Virus record (IMG/VR): IMGVR_UViG_3300032820_000003
Span: 21,064-85,063 of that record
Reading direction: 5' to 3' (one strand)
Length of the DNA stretch: 64,000 bases
Source of the DNA: a virus
The notes under the pieces are model-generated. The model did not search any database, had not been told where the DNA came from, and was given only the letters and a program-made list of their open reading frames with translations. The number at the start of each line of letters is the position of its first letter. Position 1 is the first letter of the stretch. This document shows, piece by piece, positions 44,199 to 55,024 of the stretch. Made by a program: the position numbers and the translations under genes.

Positions 44199-47100
44199 TA
44201 TCCAGCCTCTAATGCTGCAATCCTAGCCTCTAACTCTTTAATAGCGGCAACTAGGTACGGAACAACTGAATCAGGATTAATCGTTTTAATATTTTCTACA
44301 AGCATAGTAGCACCGTCTGGTAAAGCTTCTTTAGCAGAACCTACTTTTGGACTGTATTCTCCTGTTTCATATGAGTTGTCACTCAATTGTATTAAATCAG
44401 TAGCGGTTGTAGTAATATCATTTGGAAATACTGTAGCATACTCATTTGCTAAATAACCAATATGAGTATCATCAGGTAGTCCTGTAGCAGCTTGATAGGC
44501 TGCTGACCATTTATATGTTATTGGATTTAGGGCTTTAATTTTTGCTGTAGCCCCCGATAAAGTAGCGGTATCCGTTTTTAATCGTTCATCAGAAGCGTTT
44601 GCCCAATAACTTGAAGCATATGTTTGATATGCTCTATCAGGAGAAGATATTTTTAATGAATAACTAGATGATGTATTTCCACTAATGCCTAAAGCACCAC
44701 GGTGTTGACTTCCAGTAGTATAAGAGTCCAAATCCAAAACTTGTTGGGAACTTGAAACATTATCTCTTTTTACATAAAAATCCATATAAGATGTGTTCAT
44801 TGTTATCTTACAGTAGGAACTTGAATTATCTTTAATTGATCCATTAAGCAGTAAATCATCGACTGTAACATCTAATGAACTACTATGAGTATGGCTACCG
44901 CCTCCGCTAGGAGTATCCCATTCTGTTGCATAGGGACTATCTATAGTTCCTGATCCACCAGCTATTTTTAGATATTCCCCAAGCGATCCCCCCGATGTAG
45001 GAGGTCGCCATATTCCTGTTTGATTAGTAGCACCTGTAATTCCTCCAACCTCTAATAAACGCATTAAGTTAAAACTCATGGCTGTTGTATCAGAAACTGT
45101 TTGATGCCAATCTAAATTAGTAAATCCATTAGTACCACCACTATCGACTTGACTAAGCCTCATTCCAATATAAGTACTCTGGCTTTCAGCATTACTTAAA
45201 CTACTTCCATATTTAAATTGTAGGGCTGAAGCAGTATTTAAACTACCTGTAACAGCTAATATTTGAACACCATTAGCGTCTAAAACAACCTTTCCTGCTC
45301 CTGCCGAAGCTTTACCATCGACTGAAGACAGAGCAAATTGTGTTGTACCACCAGTAAAGTTTGGGAATGATCCTCCTAATCCAGACGCACCTTTAATACC
45401 TAAGTTATCTATAACTACAGCAGTACCAGATGTCTGTCCATAAGAAAAGAATTTTGCTCCGTCCCCTGTTCCTATAGGTTGAGATACTCGATTACTTGCA
45501 TTTAATCCACCATACGCACGACCAGCACCAGTTTTTTCATTTGCAGTAACTGTTTTCTTAGTGCTTCCTTCTGAAATATTATCTAAATTACCACTACCAA
45601 TAGAACCTAAATCTAAGTCTCCACCAGAAGTTAAACCGCCAATAGCATTAGTCGCACTTCCTATAAGTAATTCATTCGTTGTAATAGCATCACTAGCTAT
45701 TTCATCAGCAGTAATAGTATTAGCAGCTATTTGATCAGCAGTTATAGCCCCTGCTTGAATAACATCAGTCGTAATACTATCTGAAGCTATTGCAATAGCG
45801 TTTATGGTAGGTGATTTAGAATTAAATGGTAATATATTAGGACTTTGCCCAGACCCCGGACTAGAATCATTAGTATATGCAGCACCAGTAGTAATGATAG
45901 CTAATAGAATAGTTGTATCTGCTAAAGCATCTGTATAATTCGTAGTACGAGTAACAGGTTTTGTTGAATTATTAGTCATAGTACCTGAAATTATCATATA
46001 ATAAGTAGTACCAGCTGACATACCAGTAGCATGAGAATTACTAGCTTCTGCGGTTAGAGTAAGGGTATCACCATTAGCAAACTCTAATGTTGCATCTGTA
46101 GTCTCATTACCTACAGCAGAACCATCATTATTCTGACCTTTAAACCATTTAATAGCATTCCATGCAGTCCCTTTAAACTCTATATTAGTTGTCCACGGTC
46201 TAGCACTCGGTTTTAAATGCGCTGCTGTAACCGAATCATTAGCAATTTGTGGTGTGTTTGTTTGTGATATTGAACCAATTGTATCTATAGCTATAGTTCC
46301 GTCAGCCCCAACAGCACCCGTTCCAATATGTAAAATCGCTCTTGAATCTGAATTAACATTTGAAACAGCTTTTGCCCATCCAATAACAACATGATTTGAG
46401 GCTGGTACATATGATTGTTTTAAGGCACTCTGAAATTGAGTCGTGCTTACATCTTTATCAAAATAAATTATGGTGTGGTTTAATGAAACGTCAATAGTAT
46501 GACCTGATATATCATATTGATACATCCCATTACCTAATGATAAAATAGATGATACTACAGTAATAGTATCAGAATCACTTGAATACATAACATTTGTTGT
46601 ATTGCCTGTATCTGGAATTAGTGTCCAAGGTAATGCTGCTATTGCAAAATTATCTCTTATTGCTCCTATAGGGGCAGTTCTGTTTTCAATATTTGCTGTT
46701 ACTGCCCCCGGTGCTAATCCAATTCCTATAGTAGTATTATCAGAAGCTTGTGTCGATAATGTATTAAATTGTGTCGCTGCTACCGCCTCACCCTCACTAT
46801 ACACAACTTCATTCACAAAATGGTAACCATCAATATTCTGTAATCTATTAGTTGCATGTATATAATGCCCTGCTCTAATAGGCATATATAAACGAACTGA
46901 TCCTGAATATCCTGTCCAATTACCCGTATTTAAAGTTGCTGTTACAGTATTATCTGTAATAATCTGTGCATATCCATAAGCTGTGACATTACCATCCGAA
47001 TCTATTTTTGCAATCGTCATGCCCAACTTAAATCCATGTTCATCTATATCTGCACTATTTATTTGATTAAGGGTTATTTGTGATGCACTATTAACACTAC

Positions 47101-48616
47101 TTATAGTCGTATCAACATATCTATAAGGAGTCTGTAACATTCGCATACTTCCTTTAATAGATATTTCTTTACTTTTCATTAATGCTGCTGCTAATTTTCT
47201 TCGTAGACCATCAGTTTGATCTATGCCTTGCCCCGGTAAATTAAGAGGTCTAACTACCGTTTGCGCATTTGATAGACGGCCTGTAGAAGGCATAATTGTA
47301 CATGTAGCACCCGATGTAGCACCTGTAATAGTAAGAGTCGATGTATTATTAGCCGCTAAATGAGTATTTATATTATCTTCGTGGCCCGCTCCTTCCTCAT
47401 AAGAAATTATTATATGTCCATCATTTACAGTTCCTGATTGATATTGAATACGTCCAATTGCATGCCATGTACCACTAATCTGAACCCGTACAATTTCTGC
47501 AACATCTGTTGATAACATAGCGGGTTTTTGGGAAGCATCAAAGGCTTTTCCTGACCATTGAAAAGCACTATTACTTGATCCAAAATTTACTGCTAATAAT
47601 TCACATTTAAGATGTTTACGTTGCTCAGTAGTAGTAGATTTTCCAGTACTTGCATCATAACTAGCGATTTCTTCTGTTGTATTAATAATTCCATGTGTAT
47701 AAACCTCTTCTGCCGCCCGATCAAAAGAGTAATCAGTTAACATAACTCTATGTAAACCCGTTTCAGCAAAACTAGCTGTTGGATATTCTATTCGTAGACC
47801 TTTAAAATTAGTTTTATTTGATTCTACTGCGGCTGGTCGGCTTCCACGTTTAAAATAATTAAATTGTTGGGCAGGAGGAGTATAGTTACCTAAAGAAGTG
47901 AATCGCTCAGATAGATAATAATCATAACCAAAGGTTTTTTCTTCTCCTGATGCTTGATGAGGATCAACTTTTGCAATTTCTAAAATAGCACTTAACCCAC
48001 GATTCTTACCAGTATTAAGATAAATCCTCCCCGAACTCTCATCATTAGGAAAAGTTCTAGCGGAATCTTCAAACATATCATAAGCACTACTATTAATGAA
48101 ATGGGCAGAACCAGTTGTTGTTAAAATGTTTGATGTAGGAATACGTAAGCTATCAGGCTGAGTACTATTAATTATATTTTTAATTATTGTTGATCTCTTC
48201 TTATTTTTTGCATAAATACCAGTTTCTTTATCGAGTGTGGGATAATCTGCTAACTCTTGAAGGTTATCATAAGCAATAATCCGTAAAAGTTGACCGTATT
48301 TTAGATCAAATTCGTCTGTTAAACGATAAATCTTACCATAAAACAGTATATTTCCTGTATCAGGCTCTATAACTCGACATCTTTGGAATTCTTTCAGTTC
48401 ATTAGTCGCTCCAATTGCAAAAGGCCCCTTCTGAGCGTCAGAAGTTGAACCAAATGGGTCATTTGGAGAATTATTTAGGGTGAGTTGTAAGAATTTAGGG
48501 TTATCTAATGCATCATTTATCGTAAAACCTATAACAGCATTAAAATTATTGTGTTCAGCAGTCACCCATGTTGAATTTGAACTCTTCCAGAACTGAAATT
48601 GTGATCGACTAGCCAT
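44198..48616 (-). CDS. Tail tip/central fibre protein with C-terminal peptidase S74 chaperone
   Basis: Tail context; ITADQIAANTITADEIA repeats; SDERLK...GYLANE...LVAAIKELEARIAALE. Confidence 0.85.
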   Translation of the reverse strand: MASRSQFQFWKSSNSTWVTAEHNNFNAVIGFTINDALDNPKFLQLTLNNSPNDPFGSTSDAQKGPFAIGATNELKEFQRCRVIEPDTGNILFYGKIYRLTDEFDLKYGQLLRIIAYDNLQELADYPTLDKETGIYAKNKKRSTIIKNIINSTQPDSLRIPTSNILTTTGSAHFINSSAYDMFEDSARTFPNDESSGRIYLNTGKNRGLSAILEIAKVDPHQASGEEKTFGYDYYLSERFTSLGNYTPPAQQFNYFKRGSRPAAVESNKTNFKGLRIEYPTASFAETGLHRVMLTDYSFDRAAEEVYTHGIINTTEEIASYDASTGKSTTTEQRKHLKCELLAVNFGSSNSAFQWSGKAFDASQKPAMLSTDVAEIVRVQISGTWHAIGRIQYQSGTVNDGHIIISYEEGAGHEDNINTHLAANNTSTLTITGATSGATCTIMPSTGRLSNAQTVVRPLNLPGQGIDQTDGLRRKLAAALMKSKEISIKGSMRMLQTPYRYVDTTISSVNSASQITLNQINSADIDEHGFKLGMTIAKIDSDGNVTAYGYAQIITDNTVTATLNTGNWTGYSGSVRLYMPIRAGHYIHATNRLQNIDGYHFVNEVVYSEGEAVAATQFNTLSTQASDNTTIGIGLAPGAVTANIENRTAPIGAIRDNFAIAALPWTLIPDTGNTTNVMYSSDSDTITVVSSILSLGNGMYQYDISGHTIDVSLNHTIIYFDKDVSTTQFQSALKQSYVPASNHVVIGWAKAVSNVNSDSRAILHIGTGAVGADGTIAIDTIGSISQTNTPQIANDSVTAAHLKPSARPWTTNIEFKGTAWNAIKWFKGQNNDGSAVGNETTDATLEFANGDTLTLTAEASNSHATGMSAGTTYYMIISGTMTNNSTKPVTRTTNYTDALADTTILLAIITTGAAYTNDSSPGSGQSPNILPFNSKSPTINAIAIASDSITTDVIQAGAITADQIAANTITADEIASDAITTNELLIGSATNAIGGLTSGGDLDLGSIGSGNLDNISEGSTKKTVTANEKTGAGRAYGGLNASNRVSQPIGTGDGAKFFSYGQTSGTAVVIDNLGIKGASGLGGSFPNFTGGTTQFALSSVDGKASAGAGKVVLDANGVQILAVTGSLNTASALQFKYGSSLSNAESQSTYIGMRLSQVDSGGTNGFTNLDWHQTVSDTTAMSFNLMRLLEVGGITGATNQTGIWRPPTSGGSLGEYLKIAGGSGTIDSPYATEWDTPSGGGSHTHSSSLDVTVDDLLLNGSIKDNSSSYCKITMNTSYMDFYVKRDNVSSSQQVLDLDSYTTGSQHRGALGISGNTSSSYSLKISSPDRAYQTYASSYWANASDERLKTDTATLSGATAKIKALNPITYKWSAAYQAATGLPDDTHIGYLANEYATVFPNDITTTATDLIQLSDNSYETGEYSPKVGSAKEALPDGATMLVENIKTINPDSVVPYLVAAIKELEARIAALEAG

Positions 48617-49407
48617 TAGTTAGAGTCCTTCCTTTCCCCTACAACAAATTGCATACTAAATGAGTATCTATCTTCTTTAGTAGCATCTATTTGTACCCTA
48701 AATTGTTGTAATGCGACAAGATATACGGCTCCTCCTGTCTGATTTGCCCCAATAGGACTGCTTGCGTCACCCCATTCTAACTCTATAGGCTTAGTAGTCG
48801 AATGTAATTTAGTAGCAGCAAAGTCCTCTAACTTATTTTTATAGGGAATATAGTATATTTTAGCATCACTAGATGCGCCATAACCACCAGTTCGGGTATA
48901 TAGTATTTGTTCCATTCCTTCAAAGGCAGGGGCTGTGGCTGTTGAATCTCCTCCAACAGTTTCTATTGTTCCTGATAAAGAAATTGAGGGTCTATAAATA
49001 CCTAAATCAATAATTTGTGGTGGTGATTGAGGGATAGGTACTTGTATCGGTGTTTTAGCATAACTAATAGATGCATTATCACATTTCAAAGCATAACCAA
49101 AGTTAGTAAGACTTCCAAAAAATTGAACAGCTGCACCGTTATTATGACCCGCTGCTGTTGTATTTGCAGCCCCTCTAATTACAGTAGCTTCGTCAGGATT
49201 AGCACTAAGGTCAATCTCAGTTATTTGCATTATTTCATCATCAACTTTAATAAGCATACCAACGGATGCACCCGTAAGATTAGTTATATATACATCTGTT
49301 TGGCTTGTAGTGGTAATATTCCCAGCAAGGGTTGTATTACTAAGACTATTTGATAATTCTGTATGTTTACATGTTCTTAATAGTACTGCAAGTTCTGGTG
49401 CTGCCAT
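48616..49407 (-). CDS. Distal tail/baseplate hub-like protein
   Basis: Between tape measure and tip genes; IDLG...ISLSG pattern; inserted beta domain. Confidence 0.55.
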   Translation of the reverse strand: MAAPELAVLLRTCKHTELSNSLSNTTLAGNITTTSQTDVYITNLTGASVGMLIKVDDEIMQITEIDLSANPDEATVIRGAANTTAAGHNNGAAVQFFGSLTNFGYALKCDNASISYAKTPIQVPIPQSPPQIIDLGIYRPSISLSGTIETVGGDSTATAPAFEGMEQILYTRTGGYGASSDAKIYYIPYKNKLEDFAATKLHSTTKPIELEWGDASSPIGANQTGGAVYLVALQQFRVQIDATKEDRYSFSMQFVVGERKDSN

Positions 49408-49416
49408 TTATACCTC

Positions 49417-50571
49417 CTAAATTTGCCTCTGTTCAGAATTCTTTTGGTATGCTAATGTCCCACTTCCATCAGGAGTTATTTCTTGAGTCGTTTTCGTACC
49501 ATCATTATGCTCTTGTTCTACAGTCAATTTAAAGGCCGCACCTAATGCCGCAGACCCTCCTATATCAACTGCCATACCAGCAACAGAGTTACCAGTAAAG
49601 GTCAAAGCTGATGCTGCTAATGTTTTTGTTCCATATGCAGCGGCTCCTTTCCAACCATATTTTTGATATGCTCTATATGTTTCAAAGGCTCCAAATCCTA
49701 ATGTGGCTGCTGCTCCAATAACTGGAACTGCTTTTGACCCCATAGCGACAGCTTTCGCACCTTTACCTAGACTACCGATACCTTTTGCTAATGTACCAAA
49801 ACCGGGAATCTTAATTTTACCGACTACTTCCCCTAATTTTGTCCATATACCGCTTAAAAGATTTTTTGCACCTTTAATTAATAAGTCTTTTAAGTATACA
49901 AACCCTTTAACTAAAAGATGTCCAATTCCGGGTAACGAGGTCTTTAACATAATAGCTATTAATTTACCGCCGAGCCTCATTAATTTGCCCGGTAAACTTA
50001 AAGCAAATTTCACAATCCATATTCTAAATTTAGGGAATACTAATGCTAATTGTGCTATTCGTCTTTGAGCCTCTACGACAGGGCCGCTACCTGTGAATTT
50101 ATCCCAAAGCCATTCACCCAGAGCATTAATCCATGTTGGAATATTATCCCGTAGTTCCTTTAATGTTCCTATAGGATCATCTACTAATTTCTCTATCCAA
50201 TTTACAAAAGCAACTAATTTATCCGCTATTGCTTGAGCAAATTTAGCTACATGTGGAATTAGCTTGGCAATGAATTGAATTAATGGTATAATAAGTGGAA
50301 TGAATGGGCCTAATATAACGTCAACTAAGGCTCCAATTAACTGAAATATAGAACCTATAATACTTGTAAAGACCTGTGACTGTTTTAAGAACGCACTAAA
50401 ACCGAACTGTAAGCCTGTGATTTTTTTAACACCTTGCCCCAGCTTTTTAAGGGTACTTTTACGATCCTGACTTTCCTCTTTTGGATCGCCTTTACCCCCG
50501 CCGCCGCCATTTTTCTTATCATCAGCTTCAGCACCGTCTAACATTTTCATTATAACATTTACAGTTGCCAT
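49417..50571 (-). CDS. Putative short tape measure protein
   Basis: Follows the frameshifted chaperone; amphipathic helices and AVPVIGAA motif. Confidence 0.65.
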   Translation of the reverse strand: MATVNVIMKMLDGAEADDKKNGGGGGKGDPKEESQDRKSTLKKLGQGVKKITGLQFGFSAFLKQSQVFTSIIGSIFQLIGALVDVILGPFIPLIIPLIQFIAKLIPHVAKFAQAIADKLVAFVNWIEKLVDDPIGTLKELRDNIPTWINALGEWLWDKFTGSGPVVEAQRRIAQLALVFPKFRIWIVKFALSLPGKLMRLGGKLIAIMLKTSLPGIGHLLVKGFVYLKDLLIKGAKNLLSGIWTKLGEVVGKIKIPGFGTLAKGIGSLGKGAKAVAMGSKAVPVIGAAATLGFGAFETYRAYQKYGWKGAAAYGTKTLAASALTFTGNSVAGMAVDIGGSAALGAAFKLTVEQEHNDGTKTTQEITPDGSGTLAYQKNSEQRQI

Positions 50572-50574
50572 ATT

Positions 50575-50808
50575 TTATATCCTTGGACTTGCCATCCTAT
50601 TTAAAGTTTCTTGTTGCTCATTTTCTCGTTCTTGCAACGCATCCATAACCCCTAAAATCATAGCCATATCTTCTGACGAAAATGATTTAAGAGCCTCCCA
50701 TGATATCCCTCGTTTCACTAAATGAACTACAATAATCCAATAATTATAAGCAATTAATTCGTGAGGTTCGGCATCTGGTAAGACCCCCCGAAGATAGGCT
50801 GTTACCCT
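50575..50808 (-). CDS. -1 frameshift extension of the tail assembly chaperone (GT-like)
   Basis: Open -1 frame RVTAYLRG...GISWEALKSFS...SPRI entered through A AAA AAA at 50808-50814. Confidence 0.8.
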   Translation of the reverse strand, partial: RVTAYLRGVLPDAEPHELIAYNYWIIVVHLVKRGISWEALKSFSSEDMAMILGVMDALQERENEQQETLNRMASPRI

Positions 50809-51182
50809 TTTTTTACTGTATCAGCTGCTTCACCCACATCATCAAAAGCTTGTGGAACTAATGATTCTAACGCTGCTCCAAGTCTATTATCAATCTGTAA
50901 AAGAAAACTTTCTGTTGTGTTTCCCCACGGAGCCTCTACAATCATTTCTTTTAAGCATTCTCGGACATACATATCAGCTGAAAATTTAGTTTCCCCCGCC
51001 TGATTAAATTGCAAAGCTTTTGACAATAACTGATTTCGTTTACTCCATGATAAATCCTTAATCGTTATTTCAAATTCATCACCAGTATCAGGAATCTTCA
51101 CTACCCTCTTTTCTGGTGTCTTCTCAATTATATAATTTTTAAAATCAAACGTGGCTCCGCTCGTACTATTCTTATTCGTCAT
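50802..51182 (-). CDS. Tail assembly chaperone (G-like)
   Basis: Between tail tube and tape measure; ends GTA AAA AAA GGG TAA. Confidence 0.8.
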   Translation of the reverse strand: MTNKNSTSGATFDFKNYIIEKTPEKRVVKIPDTGDEFEITIKDLSWSKRNQLLSKALQFNQAGETKFSADMYVRECLKEMIVEAPWGNTTESFLLQIDNRLGAALESLVPQAFDDVGEAADTVKKG

Positions 51183-51191
51183 TATCCCTCC

Positions 51192-53081
51192 TTATGGATA
51201 TATAGGTTCACTATCTTTAATATTTATTATCATACTCCTAAACAAGATATCAACATCAGCTTCTATTGGATTTGCATCTGATACATTGTGTGTTGCAGAT
51301 CGAATAAACGCTCCTTGTTCGCCACCCCGTGAAGTAGCATTTTTTGGATCAGGGTCTGCATCAGCAACATTAGCGTTACTATCAAAATTCTCACCGGGAA
51401 TACGAATCGTAATCGAATCATTTGTGCTTCTAGTAAAAGTTAATTCAATTGCAAATCCTCGTAAACCCCCGCCATCATCACCAGCGGTTTGAGAAGCTAG
51501 GGTTCCTCGATAATCACCCGCCAACAACAGTTCTTTAAATAGAGTACGAGAATCGGCGTAAGTGGCTTCTGAATCTTCTGTTGCAATAGTTGCAGACATT
51601 GAATATTCTCTACGTTGTTCTAATATCTCTGTCGGGCCTCTTTTACCTTCTCGTTGATTTGAGATATAATATCGAGGTTCTTCGTTATTAGCAATCGATA
51701 TACTAAAACTACGGACACGGGCTAAACTTACTGCATCCGTACCATCTGAAGGGTCATCCCCAAACATCTTAACTACACCCTGTGAAAAGTAATAAGGCGC
51801 ATTTGATGGTCGTTCATAAGTCACACCTGAATCATATACAACCTTACCCACATTAGTTGGTGCTATATCCGACATTAAACCATATCTAGGCATATAAGTA
51901 TTGGCAGGAAGATCAGGATGGTTCTTTACATTATGCATCATATCTAAGAATTGAATACCATCCCATCCAACATTAACTAATCCACCCTCTTCAGCAGAGA
52001 TTGCCATTGAACCAACCTTACCACCTACATATCTTCGTTGCCATGTATTAGCCGGAGTTTCTCCTGAGTCTAAAATATTTACATTCATTGTAATTGAATC
52101 TAAGGCAGTCTTTTCATATATTGTATGATAGAATGGGCCAGCTGCATTAACTGTTGATATAGCCGTATTAGCCGCATGTTCAAATTGTAAAGGAGCATTT
52201 AATACTAATGTTCCTGCTGTTCCCGCACCGCTAGCGGAAGCTGCAAGTATTTGTCTTACCTCAAAATTATCGGAACTTGCGGTTGAAAATGTTGAAGCGT
52301 TAGCATGTGATCCTGAACCAAACATTACATATGTACCCGCAGCTATAGCGGCAGTTGAACCAGCAGCGAATATAGGTACTCTGGTAGCCCCTTGAGTTGC
52401 CCGATTTGATGTAGCATCTGTACCTACCTTCCAAGATGTTGCTGTAATATTGGTAGGTTTTGTTACTAGCTTCCCTAATGGAAAACGTAATGGAGTAGCA
52501 TTTAATAATACCATACCTCCAATTGATCCAGCTAATGTTTCTTGACCGGGATAGGCAGTATAGAAGTTTCTATTTTGACTCCCTAAAATATAATATGGTT
52601 CAAAAGCTTGTTCTGGATCAGGTACATCTACAGCGTCATATACACCGGGAAGCCATGTAATGAATTTTGCTGTGGGGGAGGTAAGAGCATCTAAAGCTGC
52701 TGCTTCTATTTCTGCTGCTTTTACAGGCGCACCAGATGCATGATCAAATGCTAATGGATGATCTAAAGTTATGGTTGACGTTCCATCACCATCTACAACC
52801 TTTCGTATCTCTCGTGGGCCATAGTTAGTACCTGAAGTTCCTGATGCTGAATCATTGCCGATAATAGCGTAATACGTCCCATTACCGCCAAGAGAACTTG
52901 CATTTGCTACGTCATTCAACGTAATAGTTGTTGCACCAGCTATCGCATCCGCTCCTAAAGTTCGGGCAGATGAACCTATTTCACCACCATTTCCTGCTAT
53001 TGTTGCATTTTCAATAAATGCACCGGGGTTCGCTTCAGGTGAAAACGTTACCGATGCTTGATCCGATCTATATATTGCCAT
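51192..53081 (-). CDS. Major tail (tube) protein with two inserted beta domains
   Basis: Position; YVGGKVGSMAISAEEG, VRSFSISIANN and QRREYSMS tube-like patterns. Confidence 0.75.
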   Translation of the reverse strand: MAIYRSDQASVTFSPEANPGAFIENATIAGNGGEIGSSARTLGADAIAGATTITLNDVANASSLGGNGTYYAIIGNDSASGTSGTNYGPREIRKVVDGDGTSTITLDHPLAFDHASGAPVKAAEIEAAALDALTSPTAKFITWLPGVYDAVDVPDPEQAFEPYYILGSQNRNFYTAYPGQETLAGSIGGMVLLNATPLRFPLGKLVTKPTNITATSWKVGTDATSNRATQGATRVPIFAAGSTAAIAAGTYVMFGSGSHANASTFSTASSDNFEVRQILAASASGAGTAGTLVLNAPLQFEHAANTAISTVNAAGPFYHTIYEKTALDSITMNVNILDSGETPANTWQRRYVGGKVGSMAISAEEGGLVNVGWDGIQFLDMMHNVKNHPDLPANTYMPRYGLMSDIAPTNVGKVVYDSGVTYERPSNAPYYFSQGVVKMFGDDPSDGTDAVSLARVRSFSISIANNEEPRYYISNQREGKRGPTEILEQRREYSMSATIATEDSEATYADSRTLFKELLLAGDYRGTLASQTAGDDGGGLRGFAIELTFTRSTNDSITIRIPGENFDSNANVADADPDPKNATSRGGEQGAFIRSATHNVSDANPIEADVDILFRSMIINIKDSEPIYP

Positions 53082-53111
53082 AATCTTATCCTCCCGATAA
53101 GTGTATTATTA

Positions 53112-53121
53112 TATTATACTA
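53112..53121 (-). promoter_or_regulatory. Putative late promoter for the tail tube gene
   Basis: TAGTATAATA with an upstream ATTTT. Confidence 0.7.
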
Positions 53122-53568
53122 AGTCTCTAATAAAATTGCGTTATTTACTAATTGTATATTTACAGTTCCCGCCCATACTCTTGCTTGTTCTTGAGTAAGT
53201 TCAGTAAAATCCATAAATTGTTGACGTTGAAAGTTCGTTAACGAATGCATTCTTGCATGAGCAATACGTCTAATTTCTCTTACTACATCATATAAACGCT
53301 GTCTTCCTGATAACGTATAAACCTCTAATTCAATATTATATTCACGATTACCATATTTCCAATTACCTATAGGGGTTTCATTAAAAGCAGGGGAACCCGC
53401 CCGTCCAACAATCTGATCATTAACATTTAAATCAAATCGCATAGGTTCATTACTACCTGTAACTTCAATAAAAGCGGGTTTTGCAGACGTTCCTGAAACA
53501 TTAGAATATGTCCATTGCCCTTCTAAGTCAGTTAAATAATCATTAATTGGTAATGGTTCAGTAGGCAT
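53119..53568 (-). CDS. Tail terminator/completion protein
   Basis: Size and position upstream of the tail tube gene. Confidence 0.55.
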   Translation of the reverse strand: MPTEPLPINDYLTDLEGQWTYSNVSGTSAKPAFIEVTGSNEPMRFDLNVNDQIVGRAGSPAFNETPIGNWKYGNREYNIELEVYTLSGRQRLYDVVREIRRIAHARMHSLTNFQRQQFMDFTELTQEQARVWAGTVNIQLVNNAILLET

Positions 53569-53577
53569 AACATGTCA

Positions 53578-54699
53578 TTAGAATACTTCAAAGGCAGTCA
53601 TAAAGTCGAGTTTATCTTCGATCTCTTGAGTCCATTGATTTATTCTTTCTCCTTGTTGAATTCTATCCATTCCACTTACCGCAATATTCCCATAATCCGC
53701 AGATCGCATAATCTCAATAGCAGTTAATTTCTTACTGATATCTTGAACTACACCACCTTGTCTCCAATCTGTATTAACATCACGACCAGCTAGGTATGTT
53801 ATTTTTAAGGGCATCGTAAATTCCCCACCACCCCATCTCCAAATAGGAGCATTATAAGATTGAAATCTTGCTGGAAGTAAGAAGAAACGAGAGAAGTGTA
53901 TTAATCCTGTATCTGGAACTAGGAAAAAATCTCCTGTTCTTCCTTGGGTTTTACGATCCCAATTTGCCCCGTTCCAAATCTCTAAAGCGATGACTTTATA
54001 AGGATCGGGTTTATCAAGTTTAATACCATTAATATTAAACTGATGGTATTCATTTTGAACATAAGCTGGTCGCCATGATTTTCGGGTATTCATATCAATA
54101 TACGCTTGAGCCTCATTTATATAACGCTCTACATTATCTTTTGTTGGAACAGTACTCGATGTAAAATCAGTTGTCCCTAAGACATTTTGCAATTGTAAAA
54201 ATTCAAATACTTCTTGAGTCGTACAATAAGCAGTATATTGACGCATTTGTATTCGTTTAATTGTAGGGGCTACACTTACACTAGCTGTTGTTACCCGTAT
54301 CCAATATTTAGTTAGACTATTGATAGCAACTTTTGTCCATGTTTTTAATATATTGATTGGGAATAGTTCAGCCCCATCTACACTAAAATCATATTGAGTT
54401 CCTGCATTATCATCAGGGTCAAGTTCATATCGTCCAGACCCCGGAATAAATTCAGTCCATGCCGAACCGTTATAATATTCCCATGTTAATGCTCCGATTG
54501 ATCCACCTGTTGCCACATCAAAAACAGCCATGTCAAATTTCTCATCGTGACCTAAATAAAGATAATGTGCCGCACTATTAAGAATAGTAAAGGCGGTTCC
54601 ACCGGGAGATTGTGCTTCTAACGTTACATCAGTATAATCACTAGATGCTGTTCCTACACCGTCCCAATTTAATATATTTGTAAATTCCCAACCAGCCAT
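53578..54699 (-). CDS. Head-tail adaptor with an extra N-terminal beta-sandwich domain
   Basis: YCT..EV...INEAQAYID..T...W and KITYLAG connector-like patterns; WEYYNGSAW...YWIRV N-terminal domain. Confidence 0.65.
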   Translation of the reverse strand: MAGWEFTNILNWDGVGTASSDYTDVTLEAQSPGGTAFTILNSAAHYLYLGHDEKFDMAVFDVATGGSIGALTWEYYNGSAWTEFIPGSGRYELDPDDNAGTQYDFSVDGAELFPINILKTWTKVAINSLTKYWIRVTTASVSVAPTIKRIQMRQYTAYCTTQEVFEFLQLQNVLGTTDFTSSTVPTKDNVERYINEAQAYIDMNTRKSWRPAYVQNEYHQFNINGIKLDKPDPYKVIALEIWNGANWDRKTQGRTGDFFLVPDTGLIHFSRFFLLPARFQSYNAPIWRWGGGEFTMPLKITYLAGRDVNTDWRQGGVVQDISKKLTAIEIMRSADYGNIAVSGMDRIQQGERINQWTQEIEDKLDFMTAFEVF

Positions 54700-54703
54700 T
54701 GGC

Positions 54704-54943
54704 TTACTCCGCAGTTACAGGATATTCGTCAGTCCTTTCTACGCTTGTTTCTGTATCTACTTCGTCAATTTCAGCTGCTTCTTCAGGAGGCATTTTACCC
54801 CTTAAATACATAGCAACACCATTTAAATTTTGAACCTGTTGAATTAACTGTTCCCTCTGAGCATTGATCTGATTCAACTGATCAACCATCTGAGTTAACT
54901 GTTCATTTACTGAGTTTAAATCATCTTGAATATTTATATCCAT
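54704..54943 (-). CDS. Coiled-coil hypothetical protein
   Basis: Gln-rich heptads; GGAG RBS. Confidence 0.7.
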   Translation of the reverse strand: MDINIQDDLNSVNEQLTQMVDQLNQINAQREQLIQQVQNLNGVAMYLRGKMPPEEAAEIDEVDTETSVERTDEYPVTAE

Positions 54944-54990
54944 TCTATACTACACTCCATGCTTAAAAGTTTAGGGTTTCCCCTATATAT

Positions 54991-55000
54991 TATTATACTA
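54991..55000 (-). promoter_or_regulatory. Putative late promoter
   Basis: TAGTATAATA with an upstream ATTTT. Confidence 0.7.
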
Positions 55001-55024
55001 GATAGAAGTAAAAAATCTAATTAA

